Shown: positions 25,770 through 38,167, numbered from the whole stretch's first letter. The stretch is 62,978 bases of DNA, filler included, from Octopus bimaculoides (GCF_001194135.2; 5 parts of 3 records of this genome joined end to end with filler, not necessarily neighbours in it); one strand, 5' to 3'. Made by a program: numbers and translations. The notes: generated from the letters alone by a model not told the origin.

Positions 25770-26100
25770 GACCCGCTGTGAGCCTTTCCAGGTGTTTTTC
25801 AACAATGCCCATATTCTTCAATTTCTCCTTGAACCTTTTCTTTACCTTACACTGTTTCCTTTTTTCCCTTAAACAATTTCCGCGTGAGACATTTGCTTAA
25901 GGTTACACTCTTTGCCCATGTGGACAATATGTCCAGCCCATCGAGAATGATTTTTCAGAACTATTGTCCGGATGGAACAAATACCAGATGCAGAGTCAGG
26001 GGTGAATGAATTCCATTTTATTTTCAGAATGCGGCGTAAGAATTTTTGATGGAATCGTTCCAAAAGTCTTAAATGATGTTTGTAACAAAAAGATCTATAA
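25770..26100 (-). mobile_element. RTE-clade LINE remnant (post-RT region)
   Basis: ERFHQKFLRRILKIKWNSFTPD...RWAGHIVHM matches the RTE pattern LExFHQxCLRxILxIxW...RWAGHVxRM. Confidence 0.8.
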
Positions 26101-26584
26101 GCAGATATTTATGTTTCATTGCTGAAATGTCTCAGCAACAAGACCCGAGATTCTAAATTACAAAAAGACTTCGCCGCCTTTTAAATCTATAAAGATATTT
26201 CGGAAAACAACGATCCAACTTTATTCACTAGACTCTCTAGTTATATGAAGGATTCAAAAACTTTTAGAAAATTACCTTTACTATATATTAATATTTTAGG
26301 TCGTTGCACAACTCAACCCGTTTTCTTAAAATTTATAGTCAAACTACAATATCACATACCGAGTCAAATGCATATATCAACGATTGCATTCCTTTTTCTG
26401 TGTGCCTAACAAAATTCCGGTCATCAGCATACAGTTAATCCCTTATTAGGGACATGAAAACTTTGCTCTAAAATTTTATCCATGCTAAATGAAAGATTCT
26501 TCTTGTGGTACGATATCTTACATATATCCCCTCGTTTTTAACTCGAAGAACCTGATGGAGCATAGCAGTAAATATATTCTTTTG

Positions 26585-26869
26585 TCTTCTATTCTATGCA
26601 CTAGGCCCGAAATTTTGGGGGAGGGGTCAGTCGATCAGATCGACCCAGTACGCAACTGGTACTTAATTTATCGATCCTGAAGGATGGAAGGCAAAGTCGA
26701 CCTCGGCGGGATTTGAACTCAGAACGTAAAGACAAACGAAATACCACTAAGCATTTCGTCCGGCGTGCTAACGTTTCTTATTTCATTATTGCCCACAAGG
26801 GGCTAAACATAGAGGGGACAAACAAGGACAGACAAAGGGTTTAAGTCGATTACATCGACAACAGTGCGT
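26585..26869 (-). mobile_element. SINE A head-truncated copy joined to a 5'-truncated A2 tail
   Basis: Same junction gctaacgtttc|ttatttc at 26777/26778. Confidence 0.9.
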
Positions 26870-27535
26870 ATTTTTTGTGTCCAAATGATTTTAAAGACTG
26901 CGGAATAAATGATAATAAGATGGGAGTAATTACCGGCGAATATGGCGGGTGGGGTATCGTTTCCCATTCAAACTACTCCAGCCTTTGGAATTTGATCCTC
27001 GCTGTATGTGGCCAAGCATTATCCTAATGGAAGAACATCTTCTGGTCGTTTTTCATCTAGCGCCGGTGTCGCTGAATAGTTGAATGAACAAATCCAAGAT
27101 TCTCTGCTAGTTCCTCAACAGTTAAAATGGGATTTCGTTCCACCAGGGTTTGCAGGACATCCTCGTCGAGCTGTACAGATCTTCCAGGACGAGGTTGTAG
27201 TTTCCGACTCGGAATTTCCCGGAACCAGTGTTCACACTGACTTACGCTTATTGACCGATCCCCATATACTGCATTAATATTCTTCGCACTTTCCGTTATG
27301 TTGTTGCCTTTATTGACCTCATAAAGCAAAACATGCCGAATATGCTACTTTATCACTTATATTATAGCTTTGAAAAATAACTGTTAAAATCGAACTGCAC
27401 TCTTCAAAACTTGCACTAAGAATAAGAAGGAGGTAAAATTACTACCTGTTTTTATAGCAGGTAGTTTCCACGTTCCCCTCCAAATTTTAGTTCATGCAAT
27501 AGAAAAAACAGCATTATTTATGGGATGACCAAATA
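26870..27535 (-). mobile_element. Mariner (Tc1/mariner) transposon remnant with a large internal deletion
   Basis: The N-terminal HTH (LYEVNKGNNITESAKNINAVYG...QCEHWF...RPGR...NPILTVEELAENLG...STIQRH) is joined directly to the C-terminal FH*DNAWPHTA...WETIPHPPYSP. A TIR-like tatgggatgaccaaata lies at about 27519-27535. Confidence 0.85.
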
Positions 27536-27713
27536 GTTTGCATGCATGGTATTTCATTTCGATGTAGATACATATATTTATAGAAAAATCAGCATTGGAT
27601 ATGAAAGTACACTTTATACACACTTCTGTAGTATAGATACATATTATTCGTATATCTGTGTGTGTAACTGTCCCTATATTTGTATGGATGTGTGTGTATA
27701 TATATATATATAC

Positions 27714-27950
27714 GAAAGCTAACGATGTCCTAAAGACCTAATAATAGTTATGTATGTGTTTTTTCGTGTTTTGTTCGAAAGGTAACCACTCCTGAAGAAG
27801 TGCCAAACGTCTAAATCCAATGGACCAGTCACTGGATAAGTTTGGCACAGAAATGTTAACATAGAGTGGTGAATAAATCGATATATCGAATTTGAAGTCT
27901 CTGTCTCTTTTGAATATGAAAATTTAAAAGTTTAAAAATCTTATGATATA
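27714..27950 (+). mobile_element. About 240-nt HHR-bearing unit inserted in (TA)n (retrozyme or solo Penelope pLTR-like)
   Basis: Non-repetitive unit bounded by (TA)n on both sides and carrying the HHR. The class assignment is inference. Confidence 0.55.
27785..27870 (+). ncRNA. Type I hammerhead ribozyme, structurally intact
   Basis: Stem I ACCACUC/GAGUGGU (7 bp). Core CUGAAGA 27792-27798. Stem II GUGCCAAAC/GUUUGGCAC (9 bp) with an A.A pair at its base. GAAA 27850-27853. Stem III is the palindrome AUGUUAACAU 27853-27862. Triplet AUA, predicted cleavage after 27863. Confidence 0.85.
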
Positions 27951-28940
27951 AATATATATATATATGTATATCTATATATATTGATAATGTCTANNNNNNN
28001 NNNNNNNNNNNNNNNNNNNNNNNNNNNNNNNNNNNNNNNNNNNNNNNNNNNNNNNNNNNNNNNNNNNNNNNNNNNNNATATATATATATATATATATATA
28101 TACACACGCTTAAGTATATATATATCAGACAATGGAAAAGGATTTTATAGAGATGTAGCGAGCGTATAGAGACACACGAACACATCAGATGCTTATAATT
28201 ATACGAAGCATGCAAGCGAGCGCACACGTACGTATGCATCTTCATCTCTGTACGTATGAGCATGTATCAACGTATGTGTCTGGATGTGTGCGTTTGCGCA
28301 TGCGTGTGTGTGTCTATATAATGTTTACTACATCTTTCTATCAAATCGTTTCCCATTGAATGTTAGTCTGCTTGCTCTATTTTGACAATATGGTTTTAAC
28401 TTACGTTTTTCCTTTCGTTTATAGTTCCGTCTTATCATCATATATCTGTTCATCTCCCATCTGTTTATCATACAGAATAGTGAGATCATAGATTTTTACT
28501 CCATGCTTTTCTAGATTTGCCATTTTTCCTTTCCTTTTTCTTTTCTTTTTTCAGTTTTTCTTTGTGAAAATTCGCCATTTTTGTTCTTTGATTATGGCGG
28601 GAAAATAGCGGAAAAAATGGCTTTCTCTGTTATATCGATAACGTCACAGATATCCGGAGTAAAATAATTAAAACAATTCTTTCTTTGTGAGAAGGTGGGT
28701 ACATTTGTGTGTGTATGTGTGTATGTGTGTTAATGCTTGTGTATATATGTCTGTGTGTGTGTGAGTGTTTGGGCTTGTGTCTCAACGTTTGTGTATGTAT
28801 GACTGTGTGTATATGTGATTGAATGTATTTGTATGCATACGTGTATGTGTGTGTATTTGCATGTGTTGTGCGCGCGTATATATATGTGTGTGTGTGTTTC
28901 TGTGTATGCATATGTGATTGTGTATCTCTGTGTGTTTATG

Positions 28941-28991
<51 letters not shown>

Positions 28992-30293
28992 NNNNNNNNN
29001 NNNNNNNNNNNNNNNNNNNNNNNNNNNNNNNNNNNNNNNNNNNNNNNNNNNNNNNNNNNNNNNNNNNNNNNNNNNNNNNNNNNNNNNNNNNNNNNNNNNN
29101 NNNNNNNNNNNNNNNNNNNNNNNNNNNNNNNNNNNNNNNNNNNNNNNNNNNNNNNNNNNNNNNNNNNNNNNNNNNNNNNNNNNNNNNNNNNNNNNNNNNN
29201 NNNNNNNNNNNNNNNNNNNNNNNNNNNNNNNNNNNNNNNNNNNNNNNNNNNNNNNNNNNNNNNNNNNNNNNNNNNNNNNNNNNNNNNNNNNNNNNNNNNN
29301 NNNNNNNNNNNNNNNNNNNNNNNNNNNNNNNNNNNNNNNNNNNNNNNNNNNNNNNNNNNNNNNNNNNNNNNNNNNNNNNNNNNNNNNNNNNNNNNNNNNN
29401 NNNNNNNNNNNNNNNNNNNNNNNNNNNNNNNNNNNNNNNNNNNNNNNNNNNNNNNNNNNNNNNNNNNNNNNNNNNNNNNNNNNNNNNNNNNNNNNNNNNN
29501 NNNNNNNNNNNNNNNNNNNNNNNNNNNNNNNNNNNNNNNNNNNNNNNNNNNNNNNNNNNNNNNNNNNNNNNNNNNNNNNNNNNNNNNNNNNNNNNNNNNN
29601 NNNNNNNNNNNNNNNNNNNNNNNNNNNNNNNNNNNNNNNNNNNNNNNNNNNNNNNNNNNNNNNNNNNNNNNNNNNNNNNNNNNNNNNNNNNNNNNNNNNN
29701 NNNNNNNNNNNNNNNNNNNNNNNNNNNNNNNNNNNNNNNNNNNNNNNNNNNNNNNNNNNNNNNNNNNNNNNNNNNNNNNNNNNNNNNNNNNNNNNNNNNN
29801 NNNNNNNNNNNNNNNNNNNNNNNNNNNNNNNNNNNNNNNNNNNNNNNNNNNNNNNNNNNNNNNNNNNNNNNNNNNNNNNNNNNTATATATATATATATAT
29901 ATATGGGTGAATATGGGTGAATTTACGATGACAGCCACTTTCTCCAATGTGTGTTTCTTACCACACACACACACATACACATACACACATGAACACACAC
30001 ACACACACACACGCACACACACAAACATGTACGTGCATGTTTGAATAAACCAATGTATGTTTGTGAATTATATTTGTCTGGCAATAAGCCTATAAGCGGA
30101 TCGGCTTTAATCTCGATGAGCGGTCCTGTACGTGTGTTGTGCCTTTTTGAGGGTATTGAAGTATTACACACGTAGAGATTCAACTATAAGTTTTATATTC
30201 GTATTTGTACGTTTAGACGCCATTTATAAATTAATATCCCTGTTAATATGTGTGTATGTATGTATATCTATCTCTTTACCTGCGTCTATCTAC

Positions 30294-30326
<33 letters not shown>

Positions 30327-30370
30327 NNNNNNNNNNNNNNNNNNNNNNNNNNNNNNNNNNNNNNNNNNNN

Positions 30371-30382
30371 TTAATTAATTAA
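30371..30382. other. Scaffolding linker TTAATTAATTAA inside an N gap (also at 35420, 42736, 59988)
   Basis: Identical 12-mer with stops in all six frames, always embedded in Ns. Confidence 0.9.
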
Positions 30383-30426
30383 NNNNNNNNNNNNNNNNNN
30401 NNNNNNNNNNNNNNNNNNNNNNNNNN

Positions 30427-30650
30427 TTTGACTGCGGCCATACTGGAGCACCGCCTTTAATCGAGCAAATCGACTCCAGGACATTGTAAGCCTAGTACTT
30501 ATTCTATCGGTCTATTTTGCCGAACCACTAGGTTACGGGGGCGTAAACATACCAACCTCAGTTGTCGAGCGATGGTGCGGGGACAAACACAGACACGCAA
30601 ACATACACACACACACATATGCATATATACGACGGGTTTCTTTCAGTTTC
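30427..30650 (-). mobile_element. SINE family B, 3' two-thirds
   Basis: tttgactgcggccatactggagcaccgcc...ggggacaaacacagacac...gacgggtttctttcagtttc. Confidence 0.9.
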
Positions 30651-30679
30651 AAGAGAGAGAGAGAGAGGGGAAGAAAAGA

Positions 30680-31135
30680 TGAAAAAACAGATTTGTTTTC
30701 CAGGATTTAAGAGTCTATTAGAGCCATGATAATAAAGATATACAATTTTGTACAAAATAAGGTTTTGTTCTTTTAATATAACTGAAGTAAGGACTGGTTT
30801 CACATTGCTCATCAAACAGAGTTGAAAGAGATTAATTGCTAGAGGACATTCTCCTGAAACCATTTCTAAAACATATCAAGAGTCATATTAGAGATGACTT
30901 AGATATGTTAAATCACCTTCCAGAAGGGGTCGAGGATGAAACAATCATGGTACCATTCGATGTGATTAATTTATACACCAACATACCACATAGTTATGGA
31001 ACAGAACAATCCGTTTCTGACTGGACAAATATCCAGAGGAAATACCAAAACGGATCAACAAAGACTTCATAATCGAGTCACTTAAATTCATCCTCCAAAA
31101 CAACCATTTCATGTTTGACACCAGTTTATCGCCAA
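30680..31135 (+). mobile_element. Penelope-like element reverse transcriptase remnant
   Basis: LKPFLKHIKSHIRDDLDMLNHLP...MVPFDVINLYTNIPHSYG, then after a frameshift DKYPEEIPKRINKDFIIESLKFILQNNHFMFD. The FDVxxLYTNIP motif is typical of PLE RT. Confidence 0.8.
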
Positions 31136-31283
31136 AAGTTTGGAATTATACCCACCACGTGTGTTTCCTCACTAAAATATTTTCTACTTATATATATATA
31201 TAATTAAATATGTATTATTACCATTATTAATAATAATAAAGTGGCTACCAAGTTTACACCTTTAAGGGTAAAATATAAGCAAA

Positions 31284-31486
31284 ATTTAAAATTCAATAGG
31301 GCATTTAAAATACCGCTTGCTATAAACAAAGCCATCGCCCAAAAACCACAAATTACTATTAAAATACACACGGCTAATGCAGTATAACAGAAATAGACTT
31401 ACCTTGCATGGAATACAGAAGCGGTTTTAGAACGATGGCTCTGTTTATAGCAAGTGGTATGTTAAATACCCTATTGAATTTTAAAT
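31284..31486. mobile_element. MITE with 54-bp terminal inverted repeats
   Basis: atttaaaattcaatagggcatttaaaataccgcttgctataaacaaagccatcg (31284-31337) vs its reverse complement at 31433-31486, 4 mismatches. Confidence 0.85.
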
Positions 31487-33210
31487 ATATATATATATAT
31501 ATATACAAGATTAATTCTTGAGTTAAGATATTATCTCCGCCTCTAGAGAATGTGTCATAATTATCAAATAATTGAGATTAGCTCCTCTTCAGAAGGGGAG
31601 ATAATCTCTAGAGTCAAAGATTCTCCAAAACTGTCATGTCATTAAGGAAAAAGATAGGATTACTATCTGGAGATAAAATGACAGTTGTGGGCACGTGTTC
31701 CTACCTCAATGGGCTTCATCAGCACGTTAATTTTCCCAACGTTTTCTCCAGTCACCAAGAGAATTACACTTATATAGAAAAGACTTTTTACATCCCGGTT
31801 TCCATTTTGCCGAGATCAGTTTTGTCTTTCATCTTTTCGGTGTCGATCAACTAAAACACCAGCGAAGTACTGAAGTCAGTTGTATCAATTCCACTCGGAA
31901 TTGCTGAGCTGGTTCCTAAATCGAAAATCATTGTGCGACTGCTAATTATTTTACCGACTTCGGGGGGGAAAAATAGCTAAATCTGACTTCTGCGGTATTT
32001 GAATTCAAAATTTAAATAGGTGTAACTCGATACTCTCCACCATTAGATAATTTACCTACCCCATTACAGAATCTGCCAACCACTGCCCTTTACTACCACG
32101 TCTAATATATTGACATTTCGTGGTTGATTTAACTGGAATTTTTCACTCTGCGAGTTCATTAAGAACCAAGGAAAGCTATTATAATATCAACAATGGCTAT
32201 GTCTGCTTCATTTAAGAGAAATATCTTTTACAAATGAGTAATCAAATGATTACATATTAATTAATTCAAGAAGAGGTGGAGAGATAGGATTAAGAAGTTA
32301 TAGATATTCAATAAATTCACACGCTTTAATCAAAGAATCATTATTAGTGACCTATTTAATTATATTTTTATCAAACTGAAAAGATTAATATTCATTTAAT
32401 TTCTTGCTATGTAAGATATATGTGGTAAGTATTTCCCTTTCAATGGGTAAGACTCGGTTGAGCCTTTAGCTAACAGGATAATTACATTATGGAGAGAAGT
32501 AGCAAATTAGCATAAATATGTCTCCTTTGAGAGAAAGATATTAGCTTATTTGATTGTTTTGGGTTTGTTTGTTTGTTTGTTTTTTTTGGGGGGGGGGATT
32601 AATCAAATATATATAATAGAATTCAATCAATTTAAATTAATCAGCCGATAAAATTGGAACATGTACACACGTATATACGCAGATACATACCCACGTAAAT
32701 ATTTATATATTTACATACATGTTTTCACGTACGTATATATAAGTACACATGCAACAGAGTGTCTGTGTTGAGGTGTGTTTGTGTGTGTGTGTGTACAAAG
32801 ATACATAATATACGTATACTAATGTATATAAAAAGTAGAAAAAATTAGAAACGCAAAGTTTGGGCAGTCAAACAGATTCCCGAATGCATAAATGGAATCA
32901 TTCAAGACCAGCATAAATCAGTATAAATCATGCATGTACAGGCATAAAGATTCTCCGAGGGTATAAAGAATATAAAACGAAATAAATACAAAAGATATAT
33001 AAAAATATATAAAAATACATATAAAATTACATATAAATAAAAATTACATGTAAGGAGTTATGCGTGATAAACATGGGAGGTGCAAAACGTTTGGCTGCCT
33101 AAACTTGGCGTTTTCAATTTTCTCTACTCAATATTTTTTCGGTTTGACTACAAGCACTTCGTAAACAGCCCATGTATTTTAAAATATATTTATAATATAT
33201 CTAAAATTAA

Positions 33211-33248
<38 letters not shown>

Positions 33249-33545
33249 TTAATGTATACTATACAATGTATCAATATATTTGCATACATCTATGTATATA
33301 AACATACATAAGCATATACACATATATGTGTATGTGTGTGTGTGTGTGTGCGTGTGTGTGTATGCGGCCGTTATGGAAGCAATCTACATTGGATAAGACA
33401 AGCCTCCGTCATCGAGGTAGAAACGATCTTACTACAGTGAAGTATATGTAGAGGCATAATTGTTTGTGCGTGTGTGTACATCCATATATATAGCTGTGTA
33501 AAAAATTTAACTAATAGAGTAATTTTTAGAACTATTCATAATACA

Positions 33546-33872
33546 TTATTTACATTTGACGGTGACGGATATTTGTACTCATCTTGTTTGTTGTTAACAA
33601 ACGTTTCGGCTGATATACCCTCCAGCCTTTATCAGGTGTCTTGGGGAAATTTCGAACCTGGGTTCTCATTTTTAAGGTATTTTTCGATATTATTATTATC
33701 ATTACTATTATTATTCAGGTCACTGCCTCGAATCGAACTCGGAGTCTTAGGGTTAGTAGCTCGCGCTCTTAACCACTACGCCATATTCCCGTGATGAAGG
33801 CTGGAAGGCATATCAGCAGAAACGTTGTGTTAACAACAAAGATGAGGACAAATATCCTTCAAATGTAAATAA
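33546..33872 (-). mobile_element. tRNA-headed element with two inverted hammerhead-bearing arms
   Basis: The arms at 33546-33635 and 33791-33872 are inverted copies. The minus-strand head at 33790-33715 has A box TGGCGTAGTGG and B box GAGTTCGATTC. The arm consensus GACAC-CUGAUGA-A-GGCUG-(10 nt)-CAGCC-GAAA-CG-UU-GUGUU is a minimal type I HHR. Confidence 0.75.
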
Positions 33873-34587
33873 AGTACATAATTCTTCATCTCTTAAATAT
33901 AAAACTATTCAGAAAAGCTCAAAACCTCAACGGAAAGCAAGTTGACTCAATATATATATATATATATATATATANNNNNNNNNNNNNNNNNNNNNNNNNN
34001 NNNNNNNNNNNNNNNNNNNNNNNNNNNNNNNNNNNNNNNNNNNNNNNNNNNNNNNNNNNNNNNNNNNNNNNNNNNNNNNNNNNNNNNNNNNNNNNNNNNN
34101 NNNNNNNNNNNNNNNNNNNNNNNNNNNNNNNNNNNNNNNNNNNNNNNNNNNNNNNNNNNNNNNNNNNNNNNNNNNNNNNNNNNNNNNNNNNNNNNNNNNN
34201 NNNNNNNNNNNNNNNNNNNNNNNNNNNNNNNNNNNNNNNNNNNNNNNNNNNNNNNNNNNNNNNNNNNNNNNNNNNNNNNNNNNNNNNNNNNNNNNNNNNN
34301 NNNNNNNNNNNNNNNNNNNNNNNNNNNNNNNNNNNNNNNNNNNNNNNNNNNNNNNNNNNNNNNNNNNNNNNNNAATAATAAATGAGTATATGCATATATA
34401 CGTACAGGTATGTGCATACCTACGTCTACCTGTATATATAGGTGCATATCTGGGTACAGGACATTGCAAACAAAACGTAGACAAAAAATAATAATAACCA
34501 GAGTACAGAACACACAGAGGCCACATAGAGAACATTTTCCTTCATCAGCTACCCCCATTCTAACACAGGTGTTTCGAAGAGTAGGGG

Positions 34588-34623
<36 letters not shown>

Positions 34624-35475
34624 CATATATATATATAACAGACGATAGATGTATTCCGCAGGTTACCATGTATTGATTGCTTTAAGGAAGCAACGCCCGT
34701 AGATTAATCCAAAACCACAGAAAGTAGCAGTAGAAAAATAATATAAAGTAAAAAAAAAAAGAGTAAAATCAGAAAACAAAACAATCAAAGAATAAGAAGA
34801 AATATATAAGTAATTTTGAAACTTAGATTCACCAAAGAATTGGCTTCTAAAGAAGATATGCTTACTGGAATATATCAATTTTCTAATGAAAGACAGGTTA
34901 ACCGTCCTGTAGAATTTAAATGAATAAAGCATGTGGTAAAAGAAGAATATAAGATGAATAAATAAAACAAACAAATAAAGAGTATGGAGAAAAAGAAAAG
35001 AAATAAGGTTTAGAAATTAAGTAAGAGGGATTAAGTTGTTGGAATTTCACGCACTGTTAATTTTGATGGATGGGGAAGTCATTTTAAGAACATTGACGTA
35101 GTAAGTGGATATTTACAAGCACATTAATGCAAACATACATTCATATATGAAAATTAAGAAGCACATTCTTACACATTTATATACATAGACGCGTTTGCAC
35201 ACACACACACACACACACACTCACACACATACATTCTGGAACAGAACAGTAATCTCGAAGTAGTAATTTAAAATTGTAGAGGATCAATAATTAGTTTAAT
35301 TGACTAAAACAGATTATAGTATTATTCATGTGTATCGGCGTAAATATCATACATATATATATATATATATATATANNNNNNNNNNNNNNNNNNNNNNNNN
35401 NNNNNNNNNNNNNNNNNNNTTAATTAATTAANNNNNNNNNNNNNNNNNNNNNNNNNNNNNNNNNNNNNNNNNNNN

Positions 35476-35578
<103 letters not shown>

Positions 35579-35584
35579 GTAATA

Positions 35585-35792
35585 GACAATTTCTACTATT
35601 GGCCTGAAATTTGGAGGAGGGGTATAGTCGATTACATAGACCTCAGTATTCAACTGGTACATATTTTACCAACCCCGAAAGGATGAAAGGCAAAGTCAAC
35701 TTTGGCGCAATTTGAATTCAGAGCGTAAAGATGGACGAAATGCCACCAAGTATTTTACCCAGTGTGCTAACGATTCTGCTAGCTCTCCGCCT

Positions 35793-35795
<3 letters not shown>
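35585..35795 (-). mobile_element. SINE family A (A1 tail), full length, between (AAT)n arrays
   Basis: tttctactattggcctgaaatttggaggagggg...ggcaaagtcaac...gctaacgattctgctagctctccgcctt. Confidence 0.9.
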
Positions 35796-35873
<78 letters not shown>

Positions 35874-35896
35874 GTAATAACAATAATAATAATAAT

Positions 35897-38164
35897 TCAA
35901 CACTAAATTCAGCTTTTTAGGTCTGACATACAATGTTTAAAAAACCATAAGTTTGATAAAACTATCAAACCAGCAAAAATCCGAAAATTAAAAAAGTATA
36001 TAATATGAAAACCGTATTTGACACCTATAGCGCTATAGAAACTATCCAGCAAAAGGTATGTGCTAAAGCTTCCCGCATAGCAAGGTATGAAAATCGCGTT
36101 AGTTTCTTCAAGGACAATATGTTCAAAAATAACCCAAAATATTTTTACAGGAAGATAGGAAAAATACCAGTTACAGTAAAATCTGTCCCATCAAAAGAAG
36201 TGCAGGAAATTTGAAATAAAGTGTGGGCAGAAGAAAAAACTCACAATGAAAAGGCCCCTTGGATTGATTGAATATCTACCGACTTAGACTCCTTAGATCA
36301 AAAGTAGGAGTGTATCAAGGTAGAGGGCGTAAGACCTGCTCTCAGGAAATCAAGCAAATGGAAGTCTCCAGGAAAGGATGAAATTCCTAACTTCTGGTTG
36401 AATGCCTTCCCAGAGAGCCATGAACTGCTAACAAAACTTTACAACAATGTTTTGCAACAACCTAGTATGATTCCCTCTTGGCTAATTAATGGTATAACAT
36501 TCGTACTTTCAAAAAAAATGAAAAAATAAATGAACCAAAAAATTATAAACCCATAACCTGCTTAACAACAGTGTATAAAATACTAACATCTGTCTTGACT
36601 GAATATACCTGTAGTTTTTTTTTTATAGAAAGTGGCATATTTCCTAATGAGCAAAAAGGATGTAAACGTGGGTCCTACGGTTGAAAAGATCAGCTACTCA
36701 TCAATATGATGATCTCGGAAGATTGTCACAAACGACACAAAAACTTATCGATAGCCCGGATAGACTATAAACAGGATTTCGATAGTCTACCACATAGATG
36801 GATTAAGAAATGTCTGGAAATGTATAAAATAGCACCTGCTAACGATACCGTCGGGGTGTTTATGAAGCAGACAGAAGAGACGGGCTATAAGTACTAGGGG
36901 ATTTTGGAAATGGATAAATTGATGGAGAAGGAAATGACAGAAAAATTTAAGGTGGAGTACTTGCGAAGACTGAGACTGATCCTTAAGTCGAAATTAAACG
37001 GACGGAATAAGATTGAAGCTATCAACACATGGGCAATTTAACTCCTTAGATATGGAGCAGGGGTAATCGCATGGACAGTACACGAACTAAACAGAAAGGC
37101 AAGGAAGATGCTAACTAGATATGGGTCACTCCACCCAAAAAGTGACACATACAGACTGTATGTACCAAGAAAAAGAGGGGGAAGAGGACTTATTGGATGC
37201 GAACACAGCATTAGAGCAGAAGAAAACAACATAGCATGGTATGTAAAAGTGCCACAGAACCGCTATTATTAGAAGTAAGAAGGTCAGGTTTGTGTAAGAT
37301 GAAAGATTGCAAAGATAAAGCATTATACAAGAAATTGAAAACGAATAAAACTGAAAATAGGTGGGTAAAGAAAAGAATGCATGGTCAATTTCATAGGGAT
37401 GTTGAAGATAAGACAGACAGAGAAAAAAGATGGCTGTGGATGACTAAAAGTGATTTAAGACCGGAAACGGAGGCTCTAATCTGTGCTGCCCAAGAGCAAG
37501 CACTAAGAACAAACTACATAGAATACAGATTAGACAACAGAAAGTGATAAGTGCATATTACCAGCCAATGTATGCCACTATCCCAGAAGGAATATAAGAC
37601 ACGCCACGACAATATAGCAAGGCTCGTCCATTGGACACTTTGCAACAAATATGGACTTGACAGAGCAAAAAATTGGTACGACCACAAACCCGAAGGCATC
37701 ATCGAAAATGATAATGCAAAGATCCTGTGGGATTTTATGATTCAGTGTGACCATGAGATAGAGAATAGGAAGCCAGACATAGTCTTAATTGAGAAAGAAA
37801 ACAAATTATGCTGGATCATAGATATAGCATACCCAGCTGACAACAAGGTATGTAATAAGGAAGAAAGAAAAATCGAGAGATATGGCAGGTTAGCTTGGGA
37901 AGTTACGCAGTTGTGGTCGATGAAAAAGGTGGTAGTAGTACCAATAATTGTCGGAGCACCGGAAACAGTAAGCAAAAATCTGGAGAAGTACGTGGAACAA
38001 ATAGAGGTTGCAATAAAGGTGGAGCATTTGCAGAAAACAGCACTGCTTGGAACCGCTCGAATACTCTGGAAAGTGCTCGAAAAATAAGAGGTGTTACCTT
38101 AGTTCACTGGTAGTGAACAGCTGACACCATAGTACATCTCCAGCGTTAGAAGTTGTGCAAAGCA
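35897..38164 (+). mobile_element. R4/Dong-clade non-LTR retrotransposon pseudogene (RT and restriction-like endonuclease) in (AAT)n
   Basis: RIARYENR..F.NNPKYFY; KSPGKDEIPNFW; PITCLTTVYKILT; EQKGCKRGS; IDYKQDFDSLPH; YVPRKRGGRGL; HGQF; QEQAL; RHDNIARLVHW; RKPDIVLIEKENKLCWIIDIA (PD..D); LQKTALLGTARIL stop at 38087. Several stops and frameshifts. The RT core and the CCHC knuckle are deleted. Confidence 0.92.
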
Positions 38165-38167
38165 ATG

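Noticed and set aside
31690-31730. Minus-strand CUGAUGA-A-GCCC
   Set aside because: No matching GGGC-GAAA downstream.
34500-34600. Minus-strand GAAA...CUGAUGA arrangement suggesting a type II hammerhead
   Set aside because: No stem I hairpin and at most 3 bp of stem II.
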